A stretch of 64,000 nucleotides of DNA, taken from a virus. A program made the translations under genes and the position numbers. The notes under the pieces are model-generated. The model was not told where the DNA came from. It worked only from the letters and a program-made list of their open reading frames with translations, and ran no database searches. The DNA lies in IMG/VR virus record IMGVR_UViG_3300000527_000001; one strand, given 5' to 3'. Positions 17,227 to 27,340 of the stretch are shown in pieces; within the stretch, counting starts at the first letter, position 1, and every line of letters starts with the position of its first letter.

Positions 17227-17652
17227 GTGGAAATGACTAAAGAACGGTTGATTTACATTTTACAAAATCTGAAAAGATATAACGATTGTATGACCACACC
17301 TCTTAAAAACGTTGAAGAGTTTAAGAAAATGCAACGCAAGTACAACTGGATAGTCCTTAATAATTATAAGGAAAAAAGAAATCAGGTTATCGCGGTTCTT
17401 CAAAAGCTGGGATTTCAAAAGGAAGGAGGAACACAAGGAACTTATTGGAGATACTTTAAACACCTTAATTTAACCGTTAGGTTTCAGATAGGGGAAAGCA
17501 TCAATAACTATTATGACTGCATATCCTGTTACGCTAACTACCAAATCTTCGAAGGGGAGGTAGAACAAATAACCCTTAGACCTGGGGATGTATTTTACGA
17601 AAACGGAATCATGAAACGGATGACTCGAAATGGAGTCTGGACGGGAGACTGA
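17227..17652 (+). CDS. Early hypothetical protein
   Basis: Own promoter, RBS AAAGGAG and terminator; ATG at 17233 is an alternative start. Confidence 0.75.
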   Translation: MEMTKERLIYILQNLKRYNDCMTTPLKNVEEFKKMQRKYNWIVLNNYKEKRNQVIAVLQKLGFQKEGGTQGTYWRYFKHLNLTVRFQIGESINNYYDCISCYANYQIFEGEVEQITLRPGDVFYENGIMKRMTRNGVWTGD

Positions 17653-17682
17653 AGAGGGAGATTCACACTCCTCTTCTTTTTT
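17652..17682 (+). terminator. Intrinsic terminator
   Basis: GAAGAGGGAG...CTCCTCTTC plus T6. Confidence 0.7.
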
Positions 17683-17996
17683 GTGGGATTTTTAGAAAAC
17701 CCTTGAGTTACTCATATATAAACCCCACTAATAAGGAATGAAAAACATCACACCAAAAACGGATATATCACAAGTCGGATCATCGAACAAACAATGGACC
17801 TTGGAAGAGGATACCGCAACTTTAAATATAACCTGAGAGTCTGGAGGTTTACAGAGAAAGGCCTAAACAAACTACGGGAGATAGCTAAAAAACGGAGCTA
17901 AAAAGTTCCTATTTTTGCGGTTATGATTGGGGATTTTGTTATTTCCGTTAGGAAGAAATAGTATTATAATTAATTTAACCAAATATTTAAAAGAAG

Positions 17997-18572
17997 GTGA
18001 GATTGGTGATAAGAAAACAAATATTAATCCTCTTTATTATTCATATTATCTGTGCAGTAGGAATGGTGGTGCTTATAATATTCGGATTTCAATTACTCAG
18101 TGACATTATCAAAAGTACGGTTGTTAAAGAGTCTATTATTAAAAGTGAAACTGTTAACTTTAAAGAAGAGCCCCGCTATATTCAACAAAAAGAAACAAAA
18201 ATATCAAGCACTTATACAGAAAGTTATGAGGACTTGTACCTGTTAGCTCAAATTATACATGCAGAAGCCAAAGGGGAACCCTACGAAGGAAAGTTAGCAG
18301 TCGGAAATGTAATTCACAATCGAGTAAAGTCTAAACAATTTCCTAATTCAATTAGGGATGTGATTTTCCAAAAAGGGCAATTCCAGTCGGTCAGGAATGA
18401 ATCAATTTATAATAAACCTAGTGAGGAATCCATAAGAGCAGCTATGGAATCTTATCACACTAATATTATTGGTCCGGCTTTATATTTTTACAATCCAACC
18501 CTAAGTACGGATACATGGATCACAACGAGAAAAACGATTAAACGCATTGGAAACCATATTTTTGCCTATTAG
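17997..18572 (+). CDS. Cell wall hydrolase, SleB/CwlJ (Hydrolase_2) family with N-terminal TM helix
   Basis: LLAQIIHAEAKGEPYEGKLAVGNVIHNRV, FPNSI..VIFQKGQF, ALYFYNP, IGNHIF. Confidence 0.92.
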   Translation: MRLVIRKQILILFIIHIICAVGMVVLIIFGFQLLSDIIKSTVVKESIIKSETVNFKEEPRYIQQKETKISSTYTESYEDLYLLAQIIHAEAKGEPYEGKLAVGNVIHNRVKSKQFPNSIRDVIFQKGQFQSVRNESIYNKPSEESIRAAMESYHTNIIGPALYFYNPTLSTDTWITTRKTIKRIGNHIFAY

Positions 18573-18648
18573 GAATCTGCCCAAACCGAGCTCTTATATG
18601 AGCTCATTTTTTTGTGTGATTTTTTAGATTAAATTCTTCAAATTTACC

Positions 18649-18695
18649 ATTTTCAAAATCTAAGTTTAGTAGTATAATTAAATTAACAAAATACT
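18649..18695 (+). promoter_or_regulatory. Putative promoter
   Basis: TTTTCA-like -35 and TATAAT followed by TAAATTAACAAAAT, the same downstream tract as at 23013. Confidence 0.6.
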
Positions 18696-18714
18696 TATCC
18701 CAGGGGGGGAGAAA

Positions 18715-19191
18715 ATGAACTTTTATATGGTGGAGTTTGGTAACTGCTCAAAAGAAATTAGGGCCATAAATGATCAAATTGCTGTCAACTTCGCTAAGAG
18801 GATGCTAGAACGGTGGAATCAACCGGGCTGCAAAGTTTACCGTACTAACCCATTCTCTAACAAACGCCGTAAAGTCTTAGAGATTCAGTACAATCTCTAC
18901 GACCCTTCCAAACCTAGTTTAACACAGGACAATATTTGGGAACTGATCTCTGTGGAAAAGCCGAAAAAGTCCAAAAGAGAACGGGCTGCTAAAACGGAAC
19001 GCAAAGGCGAAAAACGGGTTAACCACGCAGTACCGCTTTCAGCAATAGCAGAAAAAATAGGAAAAGAGCCTTCCGCTATCCGTCGGAAGCTCCGCAAATT
19101 GGGTATACCTAAACCTGAAGGCGGATGGGGCTGGGATTCCTGGGATGATCCAATAGTAAAAGAAATTTTAAGCTGGAGGGAGAATGGATAA
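18715..19191 (+). CDS. Hypothetical protein with C-terminal HTH (KP..W.W type)
   Basis: LSAIAEKIGKEPSAIRRKLRKLGIPKPEGGWGW; paralogous to 37109-37507 and to the helicase C-terminus. Confidence 0.75.
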   Translation: MNFYMVEFGNCSKEIRAINDQIAVNFAKRMLERWNQPGCKVYRTNPFSNKRRKVLEIQYNLYDPSKPSLTQDNIWELISVEKPKKSKRERAAKTERKGEKRVNHAVPLSAIAEKIGKEPSAIRRKLRKLGIPKPEGGWGWDSWDDPIVKEILSWRENG

Positions 19192-19699
19192 TATGAAAAG
19201 GGGATACTTAAGAGAAAAAGATGAATTGATCGAGAAACGCATTAAGGAAAGGTTACAATCACACGAAAGCTCAATTATTCAGGACTTGCGCAAACAGGGT
19301 AACATACACGAAGCTGCTGTGGTATTTTCTCATGAGGGATTCAATTTCTTCATCGATAATATCTCCCGAACGATTGCTAGGGAACTGACCCCCTATATAG
19401 AGGAGGTGGTAGATGAAAAAATTAATCATTTTCTTACCCAACTAATAGAACGCCTAGAGCGGAAGGTTAATACTCCTCCTGCTACCGAAACGGGGAAAGC
19501 TACAAAGCCAGAAAGAAGAGTACGGTGGACCAAAGAGGAAGATGATCTTCTTATCAGTGCTGTTAATTCTTATTTACAGAGAAATGGTGGGAAAGTAAAA
19601 GACGCTCTCGAATTTGTTCATACAAGAGGTTTACTACAAAGAAGCTTACGGTCTATTACTTTACGGTATTATTACTTAAAGCAACGGGATGAAGCTTAG
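19184..19699 (+). CDS. Protein with C-terminal Myb/SANT (RsfA-like) domain
   Basis: RWTKEEDDLLISAV...RS..SI..RY resembles the RsfA/Myb pattern. Confidence 0.65.
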   Translation: MDNMKRGYLREKDELIEKRIKERLQSHESSIIQDLRKQGNIHEAAVVFSHEGFNFFIDNISRTIARELTPYIEEVVDEKINHFLTQLIERLERKVNTPPATETGKATKPERRVRWTKEEDDLLISAVNSYLQRNGGKVKDALEFVHTRGLLQRSLRSITLRYYYLKQRDEA

Positions 19700-19758
19700 T
19701 ACAATCTATTGACGAAGGATTTACGAAATTTTTAGAAACGCAAAAGGAGGATATTCAT

Positions 19759-20169
19759 ATGGAAATCAGACTTTATTTTACAAAAAAGGGTTATCCAGCA
19801 CTTTGGGAAAAAGGAGGTGGGATGACCAACACAGGTTCAGCACAAATCATTGCCAACGCTGACGGTACCGCAAAGAAGCCGGTCTATATCCGCCGAAGCG
19901 GTACATTGGCAAATTCAGATCACGCATTATTTATTATATCACCTGGGGATCTGGTAATTCAAGCCTACCACCACCGGAAAGATTTCTCAATCAATATTTA
20001 CCGGATCGCATGTATTAAAGATGATGAAGCCATTTGCGAAAAAATCAATTCTTTCGATATGGGTGAATGGACATTCGATCCGCCGGAATATCTTTTGCCT
20101 GCTATTGAGGCGGCAAAAGAAAAGGCGTTATGTTATCACTGCCGATCGCCGCATTTTACAACTGAATAG
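19759..20169 (+). CDS. Conserved-looking hypothetical protein
   Basis: RBS AAGGAGG; PALWEKGGG.TNTG and CYHCR motifs. Confidence 0.75.
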   Translation: MEIRLYFTKKGYPALWEKGGGMTNTGSAQIIANADGTAKKPVYIRRSGTLANSDHALFIISPGDLVIQAYHHRKDFSINIYRIACIKDDEAICEKINSFDMGEWTFDPPEYLLPAIEAAKEKALCYHCRSPHFTTE

Positions 20170-20183
20170 GGGGTGAAGCTTAA

Positions 20184-20558
20184 ATGCAACCTAAATTCGA
20201 AGCTGGGGACCTGGTAATCATTCATCAGGACCCTCGCTTTCTTTTGCCCGATAATTTACGGATTTACCACGGAAGAAAGGCCAAAATTATCTGTGAAGCG
20301 GGAAAGGGCAACTACATTGTCGAAATACCAGAAGGAAGCACGTTTGTTACTAAGGTTATTCCCATTCAAAATTTGGTATTGCATGTGAACCTAAAAACGA
20401 TCACTGTCCTAGTTGCTTTGGATGAAAGAATGAACATCGTGGCCGTACGCGAATACCCGTATGGCTCACCTCCGACAAAAAAGGATGTCTACAAGTTCTT
20501 GGAGGAAACAAACGCAAAATTCATTGATGTGAGAATATTATACACACGAACTGACTAA
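20184..20558 (+). CDS. Hypothetical protein (SH3/KOW-like N-terminus)
   Basis: KFEAGDLV start; RBS GGGGGTG. Confidence 0.65.
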   Translation: MQPKFEAGDLVIIHQDPRFLLPDNLRIYHGRKAKIICEAGKGNYIVEIPEGSTFVTKVIPIQNLVLHVNLKTITVLVALDERMNIVAVREYPYGSPPTKKDVYKFLEETNAKFIDVRILYTRTD

Positions 20559-20635
20559 AGGCATTTACTTAGAGGACCTCAACTAATATAATTATAATGA
20601 AATTAAATTTTAGGAACTAAGGAGGAATATGAACT

Positions 20636-20866
20636 ATGATGATTAAAGATGAGAAAAACATCAAACTTTACACAGTGAAGGAAACTGCTGACCGTATCCG
20701 TAACGAAGTAGACCCTGACTTTAAAGAACGTCGGTTATCCTACTTGATTCGTCAAAACCGAATTGAGGCACAAAAAATCGGCTGGATCTGGGTTATTCCG
20801 GAGTACGAAGTAGAACGGATTATCGAATACTTAAAAGCAAAAAAATCTAAAGCAGCACAAAACTAA
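20636..20866 (+). CDS. HTH DNA-binding protein (excisionase-like/HTH_17)
   Basis: LYTVKETA...IRQNRIEAQKIGWIWVIP; upstream TTTACT-17-TATAAT promoter and RBS AAGGAGG. Confidence 0.8.
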   Translation: MMIKDEKNIKLYTVKETADRIRNEVDPDFKERRLSYLIRQNRIEAQKIGWIWVIPEYEVERIIEYLKAKKSKAAQN

Positions 20867-20945
20867 CAGAAGGGAGGGGTTTGGAGCAATCTACGGCAGA
20901 CCCTACCCTCCGTATAAGATAAAGTCAGGAGGGTGAAGCTGGAGG

Positions 20946-22973
20946 ATGGACTCAATTAAGTTTCTAACAACAGTTTGGTCAAAGCAAGCAAGACCTGGGG
21001 AGTATGTTTTTCTGTGCACACGAAAAATCGATGGCGACAACGTTGAATGGAAAGACCACCCAATTTTATATCGTGGAAGGACGCACCTTAAAAAGGACCT
21101 TAAAAAATTCTTTGAGCAGTATGATTCCAAAAAATACGATATTTACTTTGCTCCGCTAGCCTTTAATAAGCCGCGAAGAGCAAAGGAAGCTGCAGTACGA
21201 TCTATATTTCTGTGGCAGGACTTAGACTATGCCGATCCTAAAAGGTTTCCTAACAAAAAGGATTTATTTCCTTCCATTTATTGGCAAAGTTCCCCAGGCC
21301 GCTATCATGCTTTATGGAAACTGGACAAGGTATATGACTTAGATGAAGTTACAAATCTAAATCGTGACTTGGCCTATTATGTTGAAGCAGACAAAGGCGG
21401 ATGGGATAAAACTCAAGTGCTTCGGGTCCCTGGCACACACAACCTGAAGTACGAGAATAAACCAGTAGTCAAGCTAATGAAAGGTAGTGGAAGGACCTAT
21501 CGATTAAAAACCCTTCGTAAGTTGGTCCCAGAGAAAAAGGAACTAACAACTACCATTACGGTTAATTATTTGGAAGAGGGTGACCCACAGGAAATACTAA
21601 ACCGCTACTCGAGTAAAATTCCGGCCAAAACGCTTAAGCTGTTACTTCAGCGAGAAGTTGAGGTTGGAAAGCGCTCTGATGTACTGTGGATGTTGGAACA
21701 TCAGCTTTATGAGGCCGGACTTACACCAGAAGAAATATTTACTCTAATTAAGCATTCGGCTTGGAACAAATTTCGAGGGCGCAAGGACGAAAACGAACGG
21801 CTTGCTAAGGAGATTGAGAAAACAATTAACGACTTCCTGAGCAAGTCCATCGAAAAGCCAAAGGAGCTTGTTTTAGAAGGCTCATCTCTGAAAATAGAAA
21901 CATTCGGACAAGTAATGTCCAATATTAATACTTATCCTGGATGGCTGGTTGAAGGATTCTGGGCAAGACGTTCACACGGAATTGTTGCCGGTGAGCCAAA
22001 GTCATTTAAGTCCACTTTTACGTTAGATTTGGCTATTTCCGTGGCTTCAGGTAGACCATTTTTAGGGAAGTATCCGGTCCTCGAACCAGGACCAGTAATC
22101 ATAGTCCAAAACGAGAACGCCGACTGGATAATCCGTGATAAAATGGAAAAACTCATTTATAATCGAGGGCTTGCTGGAAGGGTAGATTTTATTAGTAAAC
22201 GAATACTGAAGGTCGAGTTTCCGAAGGAAATCCCTTTATACATGATTAACCAGCAGGGCTATAGCTTAGATAATCCGGAACACCAGCAAGTAATGGAAGC
22301 CCTCATTAAGGAGATTCGTCCGGTGCTAGTTATTTTTGATCCGTTATACTTAATGTTTGACGGAGACATCAATTCGGCCAAGGATTTGAACCCTGTGCTT
22401 AACTGGTTGCTTAAAATTAAGAATGAGTACAAGACTGGCGTTATGGTTATTCATCACTATAATAAAGGAAGCGGGGGAAGCACACACTGGAGAGGCGGTC
22501 AACGGATGCTTGGATCAACCACATTGCACGGTTGGATTGAGTCAGCCTGGTACTTGCAAGTTATGGAACCTGATGAAAGCCAGGCAGTGCAAGTTGATCA
22601 AACCTCGAAAGCCCCCGCTTCCGTTATTATGATTCGGGAGTTCCGTAACGCTGGCTATTATCCAAAAATCGAACTAAAGCTTCGCATGGGAGAGTTTGGA
22701 GATCCAACTTATGAGGTCACTGCCGAGGTTTACTCGGAAGAGGAAGTCAAATCTAAGCGACTAAATGTTGACCAAGTAGCTGTGGAGATTATACGGGTTA
22801 TAAAGACCCTTAAGGAAAATCGAATCGTTCCGTGGACCGAGTTAATGGAAATGATCGGGGTAGATAGTCAAAAACTAATTAAAGAAGCTGCTAGCTTAGC
22901 TGCCAAAACGGATACCAACTTAAAAATTACGGCTGCAGGAGTAACCAAGATTAAGAAGAAGAAAGTTGGTTAA
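20946..22973 (+). CDS. RepB'-type (AEP) primase fused to RecA/AAA_25 (RepA-like) helicase
   Basis: WQDLD, SSPGRYHALW and LRVPGTHNLKY primase motifs; GEPKSFKS Walker A, LVIFDP Walker B, IHHYNK. Confidence 0.88.
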   Translation: MDSIKFLTTVWSKQARPGEYVFLCTRKIDGDNVEWKDHPILYRGRTHLKKDLKKFFEQYDSKKYDIYFAPLAFNKPRRAKEAAVRSIFLWQDLDYADPKRFPNKKDLFPSIYWQSSPGRYHALWKLDKVYDLDEVTNLNRDLAYYVEADKGGWDKTQVLRVPGTHNLKYENKPVVKLMKGSGRTYRLKTLRKLVPEKKELTTTITVNYLEEGDPQEILNRYSSKIPAKTLKLLLQREVEVGKRSDVLWMLEHQLYEAGLTPEEIFTLIKHSAWNKFRGRKDENERLAKEIEKTINDFLSKSIEKPKELVLEGSSLKIETFGQVMSNINTYPGWLVEGFWARRSHGIVAGEPKSFKSTFTLDLAISVASGRPFLGKYPVLEPGPVIIVQNENADWIIRDKMEKLIYNRGLAGRVDFISKRILKVEFPKEIPLYMINQQGYSLDNPEHQQVMEALIKEIRPVLVIFDPLYLMFDGDINSAKDLNPVLNWLLKIKNEYKTGVMVIHHYNKGSGGSTHWRGGQRMLGSTTLHGWIESAWYLQVMEPDESQAVQVDQTSKAPASVIMIREFRNAGYYPKIELKLRMGEFGDPTYEVTAEVYSEEEVKSKRLNVDQVAVEIIRVIKTLKENRIVPWTELMEMIGVDSQKLIKEAASLAAKTDTNLKITAAGVTKIKKKKVG

Positions 22974-22988
22974 AACCCCCATTCTCTA

Positions 22989-23045
22989 TTTACGGAACTT
23001 AGAAGGAAATGATATAATTAAATTAACAAAATTACCTAGGAGGAG
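22989..23045 (+). promoter_or_regulatory. Promoter for nucleotide-modification/polymerase operon
   Basis: TTTACG -35, extended TG.TATAAT, then TAAATTAACAAAAT and RBS AGGAGGAG. Confidence 0.7.
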
Positions 23046-23053
23046 AGCCGAGG

Positions 23054-23413
23054 ATGACTTCAGGGGGAATTTACGAACTTGCAGTAGCAGTAGTCTATAG
23101 GAGAAGAGGTCGAGTAATTGGCCGAGCAATTATTCGCTTTAAAACGGAAGAGCATTACAAGCAGTTTACGAAAGTCTTATCAGACCATACTAAGTTAGAG
23201 TTTTATACGATCAATATTAAAAGGGCCTCTAGTCCTAATGGTAACGTTGCACCGAAAGGAAAGCTTTGGTGCCCCTACTGCTCTGACTGGAGAAAGTTCT
23301 TTCATGAAGATGATGGATATACGAGATGTGAGATTTGTACTATATCCACTAGAGATTTCTATACTAAAAAGTATAATGTTGAGTTGGGATTACTGAAAAA
23401 GGAGGGGGTATAA
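23054..23413 (+). CDS. Zinc-finger protein
   Basis: WCPYC...RCEIC motif. Confidence 0.7.
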   Translation: MTSGGIYELAVAVVYRRRGRVIGRAIIRFKTEEHYKQFTKVLSDHTKLEFYTINIKRASSPNGNVAPKGKLWCPYCSDWRKFFHEDDGYTRCEICTISTRDFYTKKYNVELGLLKKEGV

Positions 23414-23967
23414 TGATAATTGTAGAAGGAATGGATAACTCTGGTAAAAGCACACTGGCTAAGCATTTAGCCGAGAAATTCGGATTGAGGTATCTTCACT
23501 CACCAAGTGAATACCGAAATGATCCAAACAGAATGATAAGTTGGGCTATAGAAAAAATGCTGGAAAGAAAGTATATGCCACATAAAAAACCAGCAGTTTA
23601 TGACAGATTTTCTCCTATTTCCGACCGAGTTTATGGGCCCGTTCTTCGTGGGGGAACTCCGTATAACGATTTAGCAATAGGGGCTATGGCAGTTAGACTG
23701 TTAAAAGATGTACCACACCTCATTATTTATTGCCGCCCTAATCGAGAACGGATCTTAAACTTTGGTTCTCGTGAACAAATGGATGGCGTTACTTCTCAAG
23801 CTATTAAGCTTTTGGAAGAATATGATGCTCTAATGGGTAAGATGCAACTGGAGGGATATGACATTATTACTTATAATTACGAGAAACCTGAGGACTATGA
23901 ATTTGTAACTTCTCTAGTAGGTCTTTACATAAAACAATGGGAGGATGATAAGAAGAGCTTACTTTAA
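23413..23967 (+). CDS. P-loop (deoxy)nucleoside monophosphate kinase
   Basis: IIVEGMDNSGKSTLA Walker A; YDRF..SD.VYG motif of the TMPK/dNMP kinase family. Confidence 0.85.
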   Translation: MIIVEGMDNSGKSTLAKHLAEKFGLRYLHSPSEYRNDPNRMISWAIEKMLERKYMPHKKPAVYDRFSPISDRVYGPVLRGGTPYNDLAIGAMAVRLLKDVPHLIIYCRPNRERILNFGSREQMDGVTSQAIKLLEEYDALMGKMQLEGYDIITYNYEKPEDYEFVTSLVGLYIKQWEDDKKSLL

Positions 23968-24009
23968 AAACTTTCATAACAAGAGTATTTTCTCAAAGAA
24001 GGGGGCTAC

Positions 24010-24831
24010 ATGATTAGATCACCTATTAAGTACACCGGAAATAAATATAAATTACTCCCACAGATATTAAAACACTTTCCCGAAGACATTGAAGTATTCC
24101 TAGATTTATTCTGTGGGAGTGGTACTGTAGCTATTAACGTAAAATCAGATGCTGCTGTTTGTAATGATATTTCTTTTCCGCTGATTAATTTACTTCGTTA
24201 TTTACAAAGACATTCTCCTGAAGAGATAATGGACGGTATAAAGGGCTTAATTATGAAATATCAATTGAGCCGAGAAAATAAACCCGGGTTTGAAAACCTC
24301 AGAAAATCATATTCGAAGACCCAATCGCCTTTGGAATTATTTACTTTAATTTGTTATAGTTTTAATAGCTTAATGAGATTTAACTCTAAAGGGGGGTTTA
24401 ATGTACCATTTGGGAGAAAAGAATTTAATGAATTTATTATCAGGAAAAACTTAGAGGAATTTCATCGAGTGGTATCCACCCGACCGTTCATATTTACTTG
24501 TGGTTCATACATTAATACGCCATTAAACCTTTTATCGAAGAGGGATTTTATCTATATCGACCCGCCCTATCTCATCTCGAATGCAGTTTATAATAAACAA
24601 TGGGGGGTTGAGGAAGAGAGAAACTTATTAGCATGGTTAGACCTGGTTAACGCAAAAGGCTTACGGTTTGCTCTATCAAATGTCACACACCATAAAGGCC
24701 TAGAAAATGAAATATTAGTCAAGTGGTCAAGGAAATATAATGTTCACGAAATTCAGTCAGATTATTCGAACTGTAATTATCAAGTGAAAGTTAAAGGTTC
24801 TACTCGAGAAGTTTTAATTACTAATTATTAA
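24010..24831 (+). CDS. Dam-like (D12 class) N6-adenine DNA methyltransferase
   Basis: SPIKYTGNK, FLDLFCGSG, RFNSKGGFNVPFG, YIDPPY, FALSN, EVLITNY. Confidence 0.92.
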   Translation: MIRSPIKYTGNKYKLLPQILKHFPEDIEVFLDLFCGSGTVAINVKSDAAVCNDISFPLINLLRYLQRHSPEEIMDGIKGLIMKYQLSRENKPGFENLRKSYSKTQSPLELFTLICYSFNSLMRFNSKGGFNVPFGRKEFNEFIIRKNLEEFHRVVSTRPFIFTCGSYINTPLNLLSKRDFIYIDPPYLISNAVYNKQWGVEEERNLLAWLDLVNAKGLRFALSNVTHHKGLENEILVKWSRKYNVHEIQSDYSNCNYQVKVKGSTREVLITNY

Positions 24832-24840
24832 GGGGGAAAG

Positions 24841-25524
24841 ATGATGTACTTTAAAAATCCGCATAATGAAAGTGACATGCTCGTAGCCATTTTTAACCAG
24901 CAACGATCACATATGGAGGTATACGCACAAATCGAGGACGAAAACGGTCTGCTTCAAACACCGGATATTCCAGTGAACCTTCAGGACAAGTTTGGGCAAG
25001 CCCGTTTAAAGGATTTTGCTTGGAGAATTACGGAAGAGATTGGGGAAGCTTTAAACGACCTGTACTTGGACCCGAACTCACGAAACTATTTTGAGGAACT
25101 CTCCGATGTGCTTCACTTTTTAACAGAGTTCACGATTTTAGCCGGTTATCGCCCCGAAGACTTAATTCGAGAACCTGTGGATAAAAAAGTGGATTATCTA
25201 GAAGAGCTGTATAATCAAACGGAAATAGCAACGAAACATTTAGACTTCTGGTTCACTTATAATGACATTGCACTCCTGGTGGCCGAGTTTATTCGAGAGC
25301 TGTCAATGCTTTGCAACTTACTAAAAAACAAGCCATGGAAAAAGTCAGTTGCACAGGGGCGATTGAAGGAAACGGACCCCTTTAAGTTTAAAAAGCAGCT
25401 CATTAATGTCTGGGAGAGATTCATTCATATTTGCTTAACCTCAGGCGTTGGCCCACAAAACTTGTACAGGCTGTATTTTCATAAATCAGATAAAAATAAA
25501 AAGCGACAAGAAACGGGGTATTAA
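24841..25524 (+). CDS. All-alpha dNTP pyrophosphatase (dimeric dUTPase/dCTPase, MazG superfamily)
   Basis: EEIGEA, EELSDVLHF, KNKPWKK and K...N..RQ.TGY motifs. Confidence 0.8.
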   Translation: MMYFKNPHNESDMLVAIFNQQRSHMEVYAQIEDENGLLQTPDIPVNLQDKFGQARLKDFAWRITEEIGEALNDLYLDPNSRNYFEELSDVLHFLTEFTILAGYRPEDLIREPVDKKVDYLEELYNQTEIATKHLDFWFTYNDIALLVAEFIRELSMLCNLLKNKPWKKSVAQGRLKETDPFKFKKQLINVWERFIHICLTSGVGPQNLYRLYFHKSDKNKKRQETGY

Positions 25525-25526
25525 AG

Positions 25527-26309
25527 GTGCTAGTAGCTCCGCAACAGTTTGAGACCTTAGACGAGGCCTTTTATTGGATCAATCGGTCTTTCTTGACTCG
25601 ACCACATGAGTATGTCCAATTTATCCGGGGAAGTCAGGGATTCTGTGAAGACTTGGTCATCCCAGTAAAACGCCCAGTAACAACTCTTAATCTTTACGAA
25701 TATGCTTTTAATCCAAAAACAAAATGGAAGCATTTGGTCCGTACTTATATTGATCCAGACGAATACTACCGCTTTTGGGAACAGATGGGAAAGGTTACCG
25801 GGACTTCATACCAGTTTCGTTTTAAAAATAAACTGAGCGGAAATGGCCCATGTTTAATAGCCGTTGTATTAAAACGAAACGAGTCAGGGGCACTTTGGAC
25901 AAGAGCTTCTATCATATGGAGAACGGCTGAGTTACAGCGAAAGTTTGCTGCAGACCTAGTATTAATACACAATTTCTTCCGTGAAGCTCCAGAGGAATGC
26001 AAACAGCTAATGGATATTCAAGAGGTAGTACTTTACTTATCACAAGCATTCCAGTCATGGAGGCTTGTAGGTCCTTTAGTTAAACGCTTTTGCTCATGGG
26101 AAGAAGTAGATACTAGTCATGATTATGGAAAACGGGTAGTTAGCAATTTTCAAAGAATATACGCTGAGCCTCAGCCTGAATTAAAATTTGCTCCAGCAAT
26201 AAAGATGCAAAAGTTTTACTTAAAACAAAAACGAGGAGAATTAGGGCACTGCACACCGGAAGATTTATCACTTGTTAAAGCTCTGGAAGAGATTAAGAGG
26301 GGGAGATAA
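25527..26309 (+). CDS. Divergent thymidylate-synthase-fold protein 1
   Basis: NGPCL catalytic-Cys loop; WRTAE-x7-D aligns with TS RSxD-x7-N/D; paralogous to 27337-28128. Confidence 0.65.
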   Translation: MLVAPQQFETLDEAFYWINRSFLTRPHEYVQFIRGSQGFCEDLVIPVKRPVTTLNLYEYAFNPKTKWKHLVRTYIDPDEYYRFWEQMGKVTGTSYQFRFKNKLSGNGPCLIAVVLKRNESGALWTRASIIWRTAELQRKFAADLVLIHNFFREAPEECKQLMDIQEVVLYLSQAFQSWRLVGPLVKRFCSWEEVDTSHDYGKRVVSNFQRIYAEPQPELKFAPAIKMQKFYLKQKRGELGHCTPEDLSLVKALEEIKRGR

Positions 26310-26310
26310 A

Positions 26311-27093
26311 ATGTTACGAGTCGGGTATTATGATGATTTTACCACAGCTATTAAGCAAGCCAAACTAGCACTATATCATCATGGGGAGCTAGTAGAAACT
26401 AACTATTGGCAAGCAATCGATGTAAGCAATAACGAACAATTGAATATGTGGGAGCTAATGAATTACACATTCTCCTGTCGGGTAAGCCCCGATATTAATG
26501 AGCTCCGCGAACAAATCCGCCCTAACCTGCCTTGGGCGGATGACCATTTTATGGAGCGGATAGGTGGACTGCCATTAAATCCTGGGGAACAATATAAAAA
26601 TTGGCCCTTCTTTAAACGGCAAAAGGAAAATGATCGTCACAGGGACCAAGAAGGCAAACATTCACACACTTATATGGAACGTATTTGGACCCCGGCTTTG
26701 GATGGAATTCGGTACAAGTTCGGCAACCTAGATGACGTTATTAATTTACTGCTCCGTGATCCTAATACACGTCAAGCCTTTTTACCAATCTGGTTTCCCG
26801 AAGATACGGGAGCTAAAGAGAAGCAACGGGTACCATGCACATTGGGATATCACTTTATGCACCGGAAAGGTGAGATGCACCTGTGGTACCCAATTCGATC
26901 TTGCGATTATTTTCGTCACTTCCGAGACGATGTTTATATGGCCTGTCGATTGCTGATTTGGGTTATTGAGAAACTGAAAACGAAGGACCCTGAAACTTGG
27001 AAGGATGTTAAGCCTGGGTATTTACACATGCATATTTATTCCTTCCACATATTCGCTCCGGAACGAAACTTACTACTAAGGGAAGAGAAATAG
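26311..27093 (+). CDS. Thymidylate-synthase-family pyrimidine modifier (dCMP hydroxymethylase-like)
   Basis: DPNTRQA, RVPCTLGYHF, RSCDYFRHFRDD (Asp at the specificity site), FHIF; RBS GAGGGGGAG supports ATG 26311. Confidence 0.82.
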   Translation: MLRVGYYDDFTTAIKQAKLALYHHGELVETNYWQAIDVSNNEQLNMWELMNYTFSCRVSPDINELREQIRPNLPWADDHFMERIGGLPLNPGEQYKNWPFFKRQKENDRHRDQEGKHSHTYMERIWTPALDGIRYKFGNLDDVINLLLRDPNTRQAFLPIWFPEDTGAKEKQRVPCTLGYHFMHRKGEMHLWYPIRSCDYFRHFRDDVYMACRLLIWVIEKLKTKDPETWKDVKPGYLHMHIYSFHIFAPERNLLLREEK

Positions 27094-27106
27094 GGGGGAT
27101 GAGCTT

Positions 27107-27340
27107 ATGCTTCCTGATATTCCTAAGAAGAGGGAACGAGTTATATACCTCCCTCTTCGTATTAAAGGAACAGTAACTTACGTAGACCACAAGAACATTT
27201 ACCAACACCATCTTTCACCAATCCAGGTTGAATTGGACGAGCCTTGGGACCCTACTTCTTCTCCACAACGGATGATTCGCGGCAGTATGCTCGAGTTTCG
27301 TAAACTAAAAAAGAGGAAGAAAAAGAAGGGGAAAAAATGA
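27107..27340 (+). CDS. Small hypothetical protein (SH3-like, basic tail)
   Basis: RBS GGGGGG; GTVTYVD...IQVELD; overlaps next gene via ATGA. Confidence 0.65.
   Translation: MLPDIPKKRERVIYLPLRIKGTVTYVDHKNIYQHHLSPIQVELDEPWDPTSSPQRMIRGSMLEFRKLKKRKKKKGKK

Noticed and set aside
17700..17901. Possible gene remnant (…GYITSRIIEQTMDLGRGYRNFKYNLRVWRFTEKGLNKLREIAKKRS)
   Set aside because: Looks protein-like (antirepressor C-terminus-like T.KG), but I could not find a convincing start or RBS; not supportable as a feature
20636..20866. Excisionase implying lysogeny
   Set aside because: No integrase or att-associated module found; HTH_17 proteins are common stand-alone regulators next to primase genes
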